The translations under genes were made by a program, and so were the position numbers. Positions 1 to 11,895 of a DNA stretch of 64,000 bases are shown here, piece by piece (position 1 is the first letter of the stretch; each line of letters opens with the position of its first letter). The DNA is from Anolis carolinensis. Its lineage: Eukaryota. The stretch lies in the NCBI RefSeq assembly GCF_035594765.1, contig NC_085844.1:202508107-202572106 (forward strand). Direction: 5' to 3'. A model generated the notes under the pieces. The model had not been told where the DNA came from. It did not search any database and saw only the letters and a list, made by a program, of their open reading frames with translations.

Positions 1-643
1 ATCATGTGATGGTTCTGGCGGGCTCTGCTCTGGCTCCATCCTGGAAGTGTCCTGGGTCAGAGCCCAAGTCTCATGTGATGAGGTCCTCACAGCACTTAAA
101 ATAGGGAGATTTATCAAATCAGGGTGGCACTGGCTACATATCCTGTATTGCAGCAGGAAGTCCTTAATGTGAAAGGTTATCTGAGGACATCTATTAAAGC
201 ACCATGATTCTTCTTTAACTGCTGTGGCAACCTCCTATAGAATCCTGGGTTATATAGCTTGGTGTGGCACTAGAGCTCTTTGGTTCAAAACCCCTCCCTA
301 AACCGCTGCTGCTTCCATAGGCTGCTGCTGTAGAAGTTAAACTGGAATAATAGTGCCATAATTCTATAAAGTAAATGGGTCTTTGGTCACAGCCTTCCAT
401 GTCACAGTATTAATACAGTACGACTGCTATATCCATATGGGATAAGAGAAACTACATATATCTAGGGGTCATGCCACATTTCAGTTAGGGTAATTCTAAA
501 TTTGTAGTTTAGTGCATAAAATATTTATGCAAATACATGTCTATTTAATATTGTTCTTTAATAAGTAATATTTTCTTTTGGAATAGCCATTCTTTACCAA
601 ATAATTCCATATAGGCACTGGAAGTTTACATAACATAGGAATG

Positions 644-924
644 CTTGTTTTTTCATGTCAGGAACGACTTGAGAAACTGCAAGTCGCTTCTGATGTGAGA
701 GAATTGGCTGTCTGCAAGGATGTTGCCCAGGAGACACCCAGATGTTTAATGTTTTACCATCCTTGTGGGAGGCTTCTCTCACGTCCCCTCACGGGGAGCT
801 GGAGCTGACAGAGGGAGCTCATCTGCACTTTCCCCGGATTTGAACCGGCAACCTCCAGGAGACCTTCAGGTCAGCAGTCCTGCAGGCACAAGGGTTTAAC
901 CCATTGCGCCACTGGGGGCTCCTG
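644..924 (-). mobile_element. tRNA-derived SINE (Anolis SINE2-type)
   Basis: Reverse strand begins GGAGCCCCCAGTGGCGCAATGGGTTAAA (A box) with B box GGTTCAAATCC; TSD CATAGGAATG at 634-643 / 925-934; second copy at 31748-32009. Confidence 0.85.
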
Positions 925-2436
925 CATAGGAATGTTGCAAACCACTGAATTACAACATTGAGCCATTTAAGCTCTCTAGGGTTTTAGGAGGAATTCCTGG
1001 ATATGATGATTTCCCACCTTGGAAACTGGACCTGGGACCATCTCCTTGCACTTTGCCATCTTTGTGCAACTTCCCTTTCTGCACCCATGTGTCATCCATG
1101 GCTTTCACAGCACCTGGTCAGGCTTCAAACCCAACCTTATAGCAGCAAACCTGCACCTGAATATGAACTGGGGACATTGTTAGGCCAAACCTTGCTTGCC
1201 ATCATTATCTTTCTGTCCACTTCCCAAGCAATTTTGAGAGGAGCGGCATGAACTTTACAATCTCTTTGCAGCAATGAGACATTAAAAAATCTTTCTGAAA
1301 TATTGAAGCTGTAGCTCATTATCAGGGAAGAAGTGACTCTTTATTTTCAGTAAGTGGCATGAGTGTGGGGGGAAAATGTCAGCATAATGATGTTAGGCGG
1401 ATCAATTATTTCATCATGATGGGGTAGCATAAAGTCTGGTACTTTGATAACCGCCCAGGATTTTTGATGGCCTTTTCTTTTTCAGATTAGAGAGTAATAA
1501 ATCTTTGTTGAGAGGATTTCAAGGCTGGTGTTTGTTCTTTCTCCAGCTGAGAATGGCTCCATGCTGTATAACAAAGGACCATGGCGAATATATAGATATC
1601 TAATAGCGGTTCTAAAAAAAAAATTCTGAAAGGAACTTATAAAAATTTCCATGTGCTGTCTGGCTCTAACATTGGTTTCAAATGCTTGGCAGACGATTGC
1701 TCAATGGGAAAGCACACAAAAAGAAAGGAAAATATCCCCACACCTATGTTTTAAAAAACCCAACACCATCAAGCCTAACTTTATTCAACACACCCATCCC
1801 TTCTAATAAATATGTTTCTGTTCTATAGTAGCACTGCGGGAAAAACCACACACAATAAAAAGACCCCAAATCAACCTTATAAGTTAGGTCCTAAGGACAA
1901 ATGACCCTCTTCTGTCAAGTAACTAGAAGAAAATAGTCTTACTTGTTTTGATATTTTCCTTCAGATCGGCTACCAGAAAAAATCCCAAAGGTCTGTCCTA
2001 TACACTATTTCACATTTTTTGTGACCAGACCTCTTTTATGCTAGGATTAGACTTGCCTTCTCATCATTAAAAAATAAATACAATAATTATTATATACCCC
2101 TTTCCCCAAAAATGGAAGTCATTGAAGCTTCCAACAGATTTACAGTTCAATAAAAGTGTAAATATAAAAGTAATTTATATTAAACAATTTATAAAGTTAA
2201 AAAAGTAAAAACAATAGTATTTCCACTGTAGGCAGACAGTTCCCTGAGAGAAGTGGTTTTCTCAGGACATCATAGGGGGAAAGGGAGTTAAAATTTATCT
2301 CCTTCCTCATAGTGATCCCTTTCATTGTGATCCTCTATACATAACTGATGCAATCTCAATTTTGCCCTAAATCAATCAAGCTGTATTTCAAAGATTCCAA
2401 ATACAGTTTTCTAGAGCAAGCAAGAATCCTTTAAAG

Positions 2437-2559
2437 CAGTGGTTCTCAACCTGTGGGTCCAAAGATGTTTTGTCTTCAATTCTCAGAAATCCTAACAGCT
2501 GGTAAACTGGCTGGGATTTCTGGGAATTGTAGGCCAAAACACCTGGTTGAGAACCACTG
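2437..2559. mobile_element. hAT-type MITE
   Basis: TIR CAGTGGTTCTCAACC; 8-bp TSD ctttaaag/ttttaaag. Confidence 0.88.
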
Positions 2560-2604
2560 TTTTAAAGAAATTTTCACTTTTAAGTGGAACATTATTCTGT
2601 TGTA

Positions 2605-2947
2605 CAATGTTCCCTCACTTATCACAGAGGTTAGGTTCCGGGACCACCCGCAGTAAGTGAAAATCCACGAAGTAGGGATGCTATATTTATTTTAATATTT
2701 ATACATTATTTTAGTAGTTATACACTATTTTAAGTATCAACCAATTGTGTGTTGATAAATCGCTTCCTTCTCCTCCCGTTGCTGCTTGGGTTCCTTTTCT
2801 CTCCCTTTGGCTTCTCCTTCCTCCCTTCCCTAGGCTGTAAATTGAATTTTTTTAAAAATTATTTATAATAGCATTTTAGAGTTTATTGAAAAACTGTGAA
2901 GCAGAGAATCCACAAAAAGTGAACCGCAAAGTAGTGAGGGAACATTG
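2605..2947. mobile_element. Tc1/mariner (pogo/Tigger-like) MITE
   Basis: TIR CAATGTTCCCTCACT / AGTGAGGGAACATTG; TA on both sides. Confidence 0.85.
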
Positions 2948-5900
2948 TATTTCCTCTTAATATGGAAGCAATGTCCTCTTCAGCTCAAATGTGCATGTAT
3001 TTCAACATTTCCTCTTCTTATAGTTCTTAATAGCTAAGTAGACTGTTTCTCCACTCAAAGGCCATTTCTTCACTTTTACACTTTACTGAAATTAATTCCC
3101 ATAACCATAATCCTGGGGCACATCTACACTGACCACTTAGGTTAGATGGACCTGAATCACTCTATGGCAGCCAAACACAGCACAGAACTGATATGAGGTA
3201 ACACAGGACAAGGCCATCTTAATATGGTCTTGACCTCTGTTAACCAAAGTGGGGGATACGTCAAATTCTGGCCAAGAATTCAGACTGTCCCCGATTGAAC
3301 AGTTGGACCTATTCTAGAAGGCAATTAGTGTCAGTGGGTCTGACTGCTATGCCATATTCCCTGTGCTCAGTTGGCCAGGGGATACGGGATGGCACTTACT
3401 GTCCCCTCCCATTCTCTATGTTAAAATGGTCTCCAGTAGTGATATGGCTGTCGCCTGCCATGACATCAGCTAGTATAATGGGGTATTCATGGAAGGGTGG
3501 TGGGAGAGAAGGAAATGATTCCTCCTTTCCCTCTTCCCTCATCTCAGCCATGTTACTGCAGGCAACAGCCAACAGGTTGGACCCAGGATGCAGCCAGAGA
3601 CCGCCATGACAGGAAGAATGAGTAGGGACAGCATAGATAGCCATCAAGTGATGCCAAACCACAGTGACTGGGCGAGTGCCTGTCACACTCATCATGAGAC
3701 TGGTCTGGTGTATGCCACACCATATTGGTCCTAGTTTATTGGGCCAGTGTTGATTCCCACCTGGACTCCATCTAGATTTGATCCATAGGACACCTAGCTA
3801 TCAGGTTGGTAAGATACTTTGGCTGAGAATTTTAAATAACCATCTCTAAACTTCAGATTGCAGAACTTCATATATTGTTATAGGGGTTAAACTGGAATTA
3901 TAGAGCTAAAATTTATGTAGCGTCCAATCCTTAATCTATCTGTGAGCCAGTAAGGCTGATTTTAACTTTGAGATGTAAACTTTTGCAATGCACCTTCTGT
4001 TTCATTGTCTTTCAGAATTCTTCAGATCATCATGAAAGCTTTGTATTGATCTTCATTTTTTATGTTAATGAAACCATAGATAGATAATATTTTTAAAATT
4101 CAAATTACCCTCCCTAGACAAACTGAGTTAAGCCAATATAGCCCTTTTTGAATGGGAAAATAAAGGCTAAGATTTGTCCACACAATGAATTCATAGCCAG
4201 ACAATCACTTTCACTTACATTTACTATGAATCACTTATAAAAAGAATCTTGCTGCCTGTCATTTATCTTATCTATATAATCTGCTTCATCTATCTTCTTA
4301 CAGTGCTGGCGTCTTTTTCCAAGAGGAGATAGAGAACATTTTACATGAAAAAATGGCAACTAGAAAGCTAACTACTTTTCACAAACATAGACCATCAGTC
4401 CAGGTAAGATAAGATCTCATTTCTAGCTATACAAATTTTAGTATAAATAAGAATTCCTGCACTTTTCTGCAAAAGATTTATGTTCATGATGGTACATGAA
4501 CATGCCTGTTAGAGGTTGTTGCAATTGAAAGCAGAGGTTGAGTTATCATTCTTTGTTATCTTGTGTCAATAGAAAAGTCCCCCTTTTATGATGCTGTTCC
4601 TGCTTTCCTTTAGGTTTCAGCACATGCCACTTTGCCCGTATTATATGTCATCATGAGCCACTTTGCAAGACTGACAGAACTTTTGTCTGGGGAAAAATTT
4701 CAGCTTTAAGTGCTTCAGAAATGAGCGTGCCACTCATCTCAAATGTTAGCATATTTAAGAGACCCTTTCTTTCCAATTTGTCAAATATTATTTCAAGCTT
4801 TTCTCATTGTTCACTCTTTAAAAAATGTTATCCACTCATTAGATAGTTCCCCTCTTCCTTGCTATGAAATATTATAGAGGGTTCATCCTATTGTCAATTC
4901 AGGTCTTTTTCTTTTCTTTTTTTTTTTTAAAAAAATCGTTATTCTATAGGCAGCTGTGCATAGGCCACACAGTTTTATCCTTGTGTCCTTCACAAGGCCT
5001 CTCTACTGCATTGACTGTGATCATATTCATGAAGGGTTCATCCCCTGCCACAAAAATTGCTATGCAGTGTACTGTATATAGAAGGCATCTCAAAACAGTG
5101 CAATGGTACACAATTAGATATACATAGAAATGTGCAGCAATTTAGATACAAGAATCAAGAACAGATATAATATTCTCTGAATTTCTACACTTTTTTCTAA
5201 CTATAGCAATTGATGATTCATTGGTAATAGTGCAAAGACCTTGCTAAGTGGGACGCCTTAGCACTATGGTAGTGAGCTTTTATTCTACTGAGTTCTGGTT
5301 TTCTCTTCTGCTGTCTCAGCAGAATCTTCTTGTAAAGCCATGGCTGCCATCCAGAGAAGCTTTCATCAAATACTGAGCTGAGTTTATCTATCACACCGGT
5401 GAAATATTTATGTGTAAGTCTGGCCTTTTACTAGTTTATCTGCTCAAATATTGATACTGCAGCATAATGACATGTGTTTGGCCCAAAAATATCAGGGTAA
5501 TTGTAAGGATGGGCTTCAAAGTTTCCAGAGGACTTTGCCTTCATATTGGCATTGGACTGCCTGCTGATAACTTATGTATGGGATTTGTAAACATACAGAA
5601 ATGAGTCATAACAAATGAGTCTTAGTAGTAAAAGGAAAAAGATTTACAGGTTCTGAGTATTATAAGACACGATCTGTTCTTTAACTCCATTCAAGTTATT
5701 GTTTTTCAAATATTATTTGTTGATTTTATTTCATGAAGCAGTTGCTCGTACAATGTCCCTTTTTGGCCCCCTTGAAAGATTTTGAAAATATTAATTTGTA
5801 TTTGTTTACTTGTAATATCCATCACTAAGAGATAAACACAAAACAAAAAGATAAACATGAATATACCAGCATATGACAAAACAAATTATATTCAGAAGAA

Positions 5901-6287
5901 GCCATTCCAAAGATAGAATCAGTTTTGCAGCAGAGTAAAAATATTTTTTATATATTTTAAACATGCCTGTTTCAAGTTGAAGATGTTACAAAAGATAGTA
6001 GAACCAGATATATATTTAGAAAGAGCTCTCTAGACAGTGAACTAATTACAATTACAATTCTGGTCAAAACATATTTATGAAAGCTCTATTGAGTGAGTTA
6101 TTAAATATTGCTATTGGTCATATTATCCTTGGTACCAATATAATAGTTATCAGAAATTTAGATAGATCTTTAAGATCTCCCAAGCTTTCTAAATCTATGT
6201 ACCAAAACAACTTAGATCTTGCAATATTGGAGTTGCTTGGAAATTTGAACTCCTAGCGATTAAAGATTTTACATTCTTTTCAGTTTG

Positions 6288-7189
6288 TGTCAGGACCCAG
6301 GCTGCAGAGCACCAATAACCATACGCAGAGGCCAGAATCTATCTAATATCTTTATTAAAGAAATATATAAAGTCAATAAAAACAAGTGTAGGATATAGTT
6401 CAGAAGTAGACCTTTCAGGAAAGGTCAAATATAGTCCAGAAAAACAAAGTCCAATATATGATATTAAGGTCCAAAGTTATAATCCACTTCACCGAAACAC
6501 ACACTATTTTGCAAGCAATAGTGTGGGGAACTGTCCATAGTCTTAGAGGCTTAAGGTAAATCCGAATCAAGGGAAACAAGGCTGGGATCCGAGAAGCAGG
6601 ATCCGTGGTTTAAGACGCAAGGCAAGGCAAACTTGAGGCTTGGCAAGGTCCAACTTGAACAAGACAATCGTGGAACAAGAACTGAGTCCATAGAAATCCG
6701 TGGAACAAGGCTGGGCTGGGAACTTGATTCAGGAGCTGGGAACTGGAGTACGTAGTCTACACGCGATCTCACTCCACGAGCTGACGAATTGACTCCGCAA
6801 GGAATCCTTTGTGGCCAACATCTATATAGGATCTTGTTTTCCCGCCAAAGCACACTTTCTCTGGGGAACAAGAACCGAAACCTATACTGTCCAGATGCAG
6901 GACTCCTTAAACTTTCCCAAGGGAACAGACTTAATCATCTAATTGTCTGGCAGCTATCCTGGCGCTTCGGCGACTCGCCTCCCTAGCATGTCTATCTTGA
7001 TTATAATAAAGGCGGCGAGAAAATGGGGGAGATTTCGGCTCAAGGCTTGTTTGGCTGTCTTCTTGTGGGCAAACATCCTGCAGCTGCAAGGGCTCCAAAT
7101 CTGGCAGAAACGGTGGGAAACCCAAGTTTTCCTCTTCATCTGTCACAACAGTACTAGGAACAGGACTACATGGCCCATGAGACATCACA
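6288..7189 (-). mobile_element. Solo LTR (902 bp) of an LTR retrotransposon, probably Gypsy-type
   Basis: TGT...ACA termini; perfect 5-bp TSD GTTTG (6283-6287 / 7190-7194); TATA-like TATATA at 6828-6823; AATAAA at 6356-6351; homologous to the LTR at 20368-21246. Superfamily is inferred. Confidence 0.88.
6931..7188 (-). CDS. Putative 85-aa LTR-U3-encoded reading frame ending in RRSARIAAR
   Basis: Open from LTR nt 2 to TAA; peptide-level similarity to the frame in the second LTR. Confidence 0.55.
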   Translation of the reverse strand: MMSHGPCSPVPSTVVTDEEENLGFPPFLPDLEPLQLQDVCPQEDSQTSLEPKSPPFSRRLYYNQDRHAREASRRSARIAARQLDD

Positions 7190-8154
7190 GTTTGGCATAA
7201 TGTGTAAACTTGTCTCTTTCTATTATGTCTAAACATTTACCATTTATTATGACTTTGAATATAAGCCTTATGGGGAGACTTAATTTGTCTCTTCTACTAA
7301 AATGCCATTCTAGGAAGAACTTGTCAAATATTAGGAACCTTTTCAAACAAAATTTCACTACAGGCAATCCCGAAACTACCGTATAGGATATGCTGAAGCC
7401 TATTTTGAATGGTTCCTTTATGAAAAAAGCAACCATTTATGTTAAAAAAAATAGAGAAAAAGACAAAGGAATTGGTCCATGCTATTGAATCTCTTACAAA
7501 AGAATACAAAAACTTTAGGAAGAAGGAATCATAGAACAACTTAAGTTAGGAAAGCAGAATTAACTTTGCCCATATTCAGTACAGTACAGTTTTATTACGA
7601 CCCATAGACCCATCAAGAATCCCATGTATTTCAGAAAGCGAGATATGATGAATTTGGTAATAAAATTCTCATCTTTTGAGTAGATTAATTAAAAACATAA
7701 TGAATCAAATCTTAAACCTATGATTTAGAGCATGAGTGGCCTGATCTTAACATTTCTCAAAGATATTAATGATGAATATAAATTAATTTACAAAAGATAT
7801 GATTCAGATTCTCAATCAAAGGTCCCTTTTAAGCAGAATTTACATATGTCTGTCCATACATCCCAATACATCTGAGTAATCACTCAAATTCAGATTCAGA
7901 AGAAATATAAAGCATTTTTTAAAATCACCAATCTTTTTCTTTGACTTGGTCCTAAGCACCTGTTGTTTCCCTTTATCCACTTATCAGACAGTAAGTTATG
8001 CTGAACACAGTAAGATTACTTCCAAGTAACCATTCTTAGGTGCCCAACCAGACCCAGAGGAGGCATTAAAGATTAGCAGTAGCTTTAGCCGAACCCCTTC
8101 TTTATTCTTTTTTCTTCAGCCTGGCCACCATTTTCCATACTCCACAGTGCTCCA

Positions 8155-8474
8155 GGAAGTCCCTGGTGGCACAGTGGGTTAAACTACTGAGCTGCTGAAC
8201 TTGCTGACTGAAAGGTCAGTGGTTTGAATGCGAGGAGCGAGGTGAGCGCCTTCTGGTAACCCCAGCTTCTGCCAACCTAGCAGTTTGAAAACATGTAAAT
8301 GTAAGTAGATCAATAGGTACCGCTCCGGCACTCCATGCAGTCATGCTGGACACATGACCTTGGAGGTGTCTGTGGACAATGCCAGCTCTTTGGCTTAGAA
8401 ATCGAGATGAGAACCAACCCCCAGAGTCGGACACGACTAGACTTAATGTCAGGGGAAAACCTTTACGTTTACCT
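8155..8474 (+). mobile_element. Sauria SINE
   Basis: tRNA-like head, BovB-like 3' end (AGAGTCGGACACGACT), (ACCTTT)-type tail; near-perfect TSD acagtgcYccag. Confidence 0.88.
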
Positions 8475-9659
8475 ACAGTGCCCCAGACACAATTTTGTAT
8501 TCAGTTATTGCAGATGTTGCTGGTAGAGATGCAAATACTGCGTAGAGAAAAAAAATCCTGCAGAGTGCTATTCTTATCCTTCTGAGATCCAAATTATATG
8601 ATCTTAGCTCACCTTTTGTTTATGTTTTTGTGGTAGGTAGAATTTTATTCAGACTGCAGACCTAATGATCAAAAATTTCCCATGACCCACCTTTTAAGCT
8701 GAAGTAGTCCCACTCCATCTCCACTTCCCACCAGCAGAATTATACTGGTCAGTGGGAAATGGGAGGTGGGCAGTATGTGGTCTTGGATGGACAACAGACA
8801 ATTTCTATAAGATCTCTGGGAGATCCCACAAGGTGCCTGTTGCTTCATCTGCTGTTCTTCCCTTCATCCGCCAGCAGCTTAAAGCGGGGATTGGAAGTAA
8901 GGAGATATGTATTCTAGTTCTATGTGGAGTTTTATGATACACCCCAATCCAGAACTTGGCCATTGTGTGTTTCTCCTGTTATTTCAGTAGAACACTTCTG
9001 TCATGTGAACTGATGCCAAAATGTCCCTGAAAAATTTTCTAACCAGATGTAATATTTCAGTGGCTGTAAGGTTTTAAGAAACTGTATATACACAACTGGC
9101 ATTATGGATCTTCTACCTACTTTTTTTCTTAAATGTCAAACAGAATTGCTCAGGGATCAAGTATTGACATATATTAACAGACTTCTACTTATTCAAATGT
9201 ATTTGACGAACTGAGTCCACAAGATTTTTTATCCCTTCTGGAAGTGGCCTTTTGGCTTTCTTTCTAGAGGGCAAAATCAATAGCCAATTGTCTCTTCAAA
9301 GGTATCCATTGTTTAAAGGGATATCCACCCGAAGTCCAGTTTAACAAGAACAAACCATAAGAAAGAGGGAGAGGACCCTGAAGTAACGCCTCAAACAGCA
9401 CTGAGTAGGTGCAGTTTTGCTAATAACAGCCTACCTGCAAGTGAGAAGGACTTATTATATTTCTATTTAAATTAATAGTTATTGTTTCCTCAGTTGCGCC
9501 TATACTTTCAAATAAGCACTTGCAACCTTTGTGCAAATCTATGTCATGTTTGACTTTATTTTGGGTGTGACATGGTTTCTTTTTTGACAATACATAAGCA
9601 GCCAAACTAATCTTCTTTGTCTGAAGCTTTGAAGGGCTTATGCTGTTCTTGAAACTCAG

Positions 9660-9880
9660 GGTGCATGTACACAGTACAGTTAATGCAGTTTGACACCACG
9701 TTAACTGCCGTGACTCAATGTTATAGAATGATGGGAGTTGTAGTTTTACAAAGTCTTTCACTTTTTCTGCCAAAGAATGCTGATGCCTCCCCAAACTATA
9801 AACCTTAGGATTCCATAACATTGATCAATGACAGTTAAAGTTGCACCAAACTCCATTAATTCTCCAGTGCAGATGTACCC
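9660..9880. mobile_element. Old palindromic MITE-like element; related copies at ~215-380 and ~16910-17120
   Basis: Imperfect inverted arms (gcagtttgacaccacgttaactgcc / gacagttaaagttgcaccaaactcc) and a shared ggagttgtagttt core. Confidence 0.55.
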
Positions 9881-11762
9881 CTGGAGTGCTGTTGCTATCA
9901 CAAGAAAGACTTTTCATGAAACCAAGTATCAAGAGCTTAACAACTGTCAATCTGTTTTGAGGCTCTGCCCCACAACATTCATCTCTGACTTTGGGAAGAC
10001 AATTCAGAGCTCCATATCTGGTGTTACACCCAGTGAATTTTGATATTGAAACTGCCTCTGGTTTTAATAGGGCAAAATAGTAACGATCTTTGGAGGAATG
10101 CATAGATTATCTCTGTAATCACAATGAACATGAGCTGTAATGTATTAATCACGACAGTGTGCCAATTATCCCTCCTCGCACAGCGTATGGAGGGGAGTTG
10201 CTACTGCCAATCAGCCCCATTGCTAGTGAATTAGCTATTTCTGTTCCCTGCCCTATGTTTCTATTCAGAATTTGTTTGGAACCAGGATTGGACAGTGCTG
10301 CGCAAAATGGCAGTAATTAACTCAGCTGTAGAATGTAGCAAGCTGAGAAAATCCCTATCATTTTCTAGAATGGGGGCGTCTGTGAGAGCAGCCTTCTACT
10401 TGCAGCCCTTTTCGTATTGTAATTGCAATAACAGATGCTGAAGGAGAGCTAATTTTGCCCCCCAGTCTTGGGCCTCTCTCTCCTTGTTACCACCTGTGAG
10501 GACAGCCACTTTCACCCCTCAAAAGCTAGTGTTTAATAAGCTTTTCTCAGTGGCACGTATCAATTATTACTCAAGTACCTTGGCTCAGGCTGGGTAACTG
10601 TAAAGCTATTGAGTTAAAAGAAATAATAAGTGGGAAGCCAACCCTCGCCATGGGGCAGCCACAACAAACCGGGGGCTCTGTTGTTAAGTGAAATTCGCCC
10701 CTTTCACACTGGGCTTTCAGATCTGAAACCTGTAGATGTTTTTCCCCCTCCTGTTCCTAAGCCATCTGCAGCATTTCAGATGGCTTCTTTATAAAATGTG
10801 TGGTGAGAAGGAAATTAAAAGCCCAACTGTATGTAAATAGGAACCTGAGCAAATGCGCTCAGCAGCTCTGGGGAGTGAGCAGCTGTGATTTGCCAAGCCA
10901 ACCAGAAAATTAAAAAGATTGTTTTACAAACAGGCAAAGGAGGTGTGTCGGAACATGAAACTCTGGGAGCACACATAGCTTACTAAAGGCAGCTTTGTGA
11001 GGATTTCCTGTGACTTAAACTCGTTTTCTCAGCCTCTTGGCATGAGCCAGACCATTGCAAGAGTGAGATTTACCAGGGGCTTATTTCCTTGAAGAACCCT
11101 TCTCCCTCCTCCCCCACCCATCTTCATTTGTGCTTTATCTTCTATAGAAGAAATGCTGACATCTTCGGGTTCCAAAGATTGCAGTTTTCTAAGCCTTGGG
11201 CAAAAACCTACACAGCAGGGTTGGGGACATGTCAGGTTGGGCATATCACAACTCATCTCAGATACAAATTCTGCTTGGATTTCTAAGGATAATCCTAGGA
11301 CTTTGTTGTGATGATGAGTCTCTTACTGATGAATCTTTTCCATGCAGACCAACTGTTTGGATGAAGTGAGGGTGGCATTCCTTTGGGTTTAATTGATTCA
11401 TACTATCCAATATTTTACATATGAAAACTGGGATATATGTGTCCAAGCAACATCAGAACTTTGATAAGATGGAAATTAATGGGAAAGAGCACAAAAAATA
11501 GGATAAGATGGTTGGCTGTCCTCGAAACCACTGAAAAGAGAAACATTCTGCCATTTTCTCTCCACTTTCCCCGCTTAGTTAATTGAATGCAAACTACTTT
11601 TGTATTTTGGACTCAGGCTCCATCTACACTGCCCTATAATTTACTGTGGGGGGGCATTATTCAGAGGTGTCCAAACAACACCTCATGACAATGCACATTG
11701 ACCTAGGACATCCAGGTTTAAAAAAACCCAGAAGGATCTGGACCTTTCAGTAAGGTCTAGAT

Positions 11763-11895
11763 CAGTGGTTCTCAACCTGGGGTCCCCAGATGTTTTGGCC
11801 CACAACTCCCAGAAATCCTAGCCAGTTTGCCAGCTGTTAGGATTTCTGGAGTTGAAGGCCAAAAACACCTGGGGACCTCAGGTTGAGAACCACTG
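11763..11895. mobile_element. hAT-type MITE (same family)
   Basis: TIR CAGTGGTTCTCAACCTG; perfect 8-bp TSD GTCTAGAT. Confidence 0.92.

Noticed and set aside
7189-7236. N-terminal 16 aa of ORF 6931-7236
   Set aside because: Lies in flanking DNA outside the LTR/TSD boundary, so it is fortuitous; only 7188-6931 is considered.
5760-7930. AT-rich region around the first LTR as a decayed L1/Tx1 element
   Set aside because: Only vague peptide resemblance; no diagnostic motif could be read.
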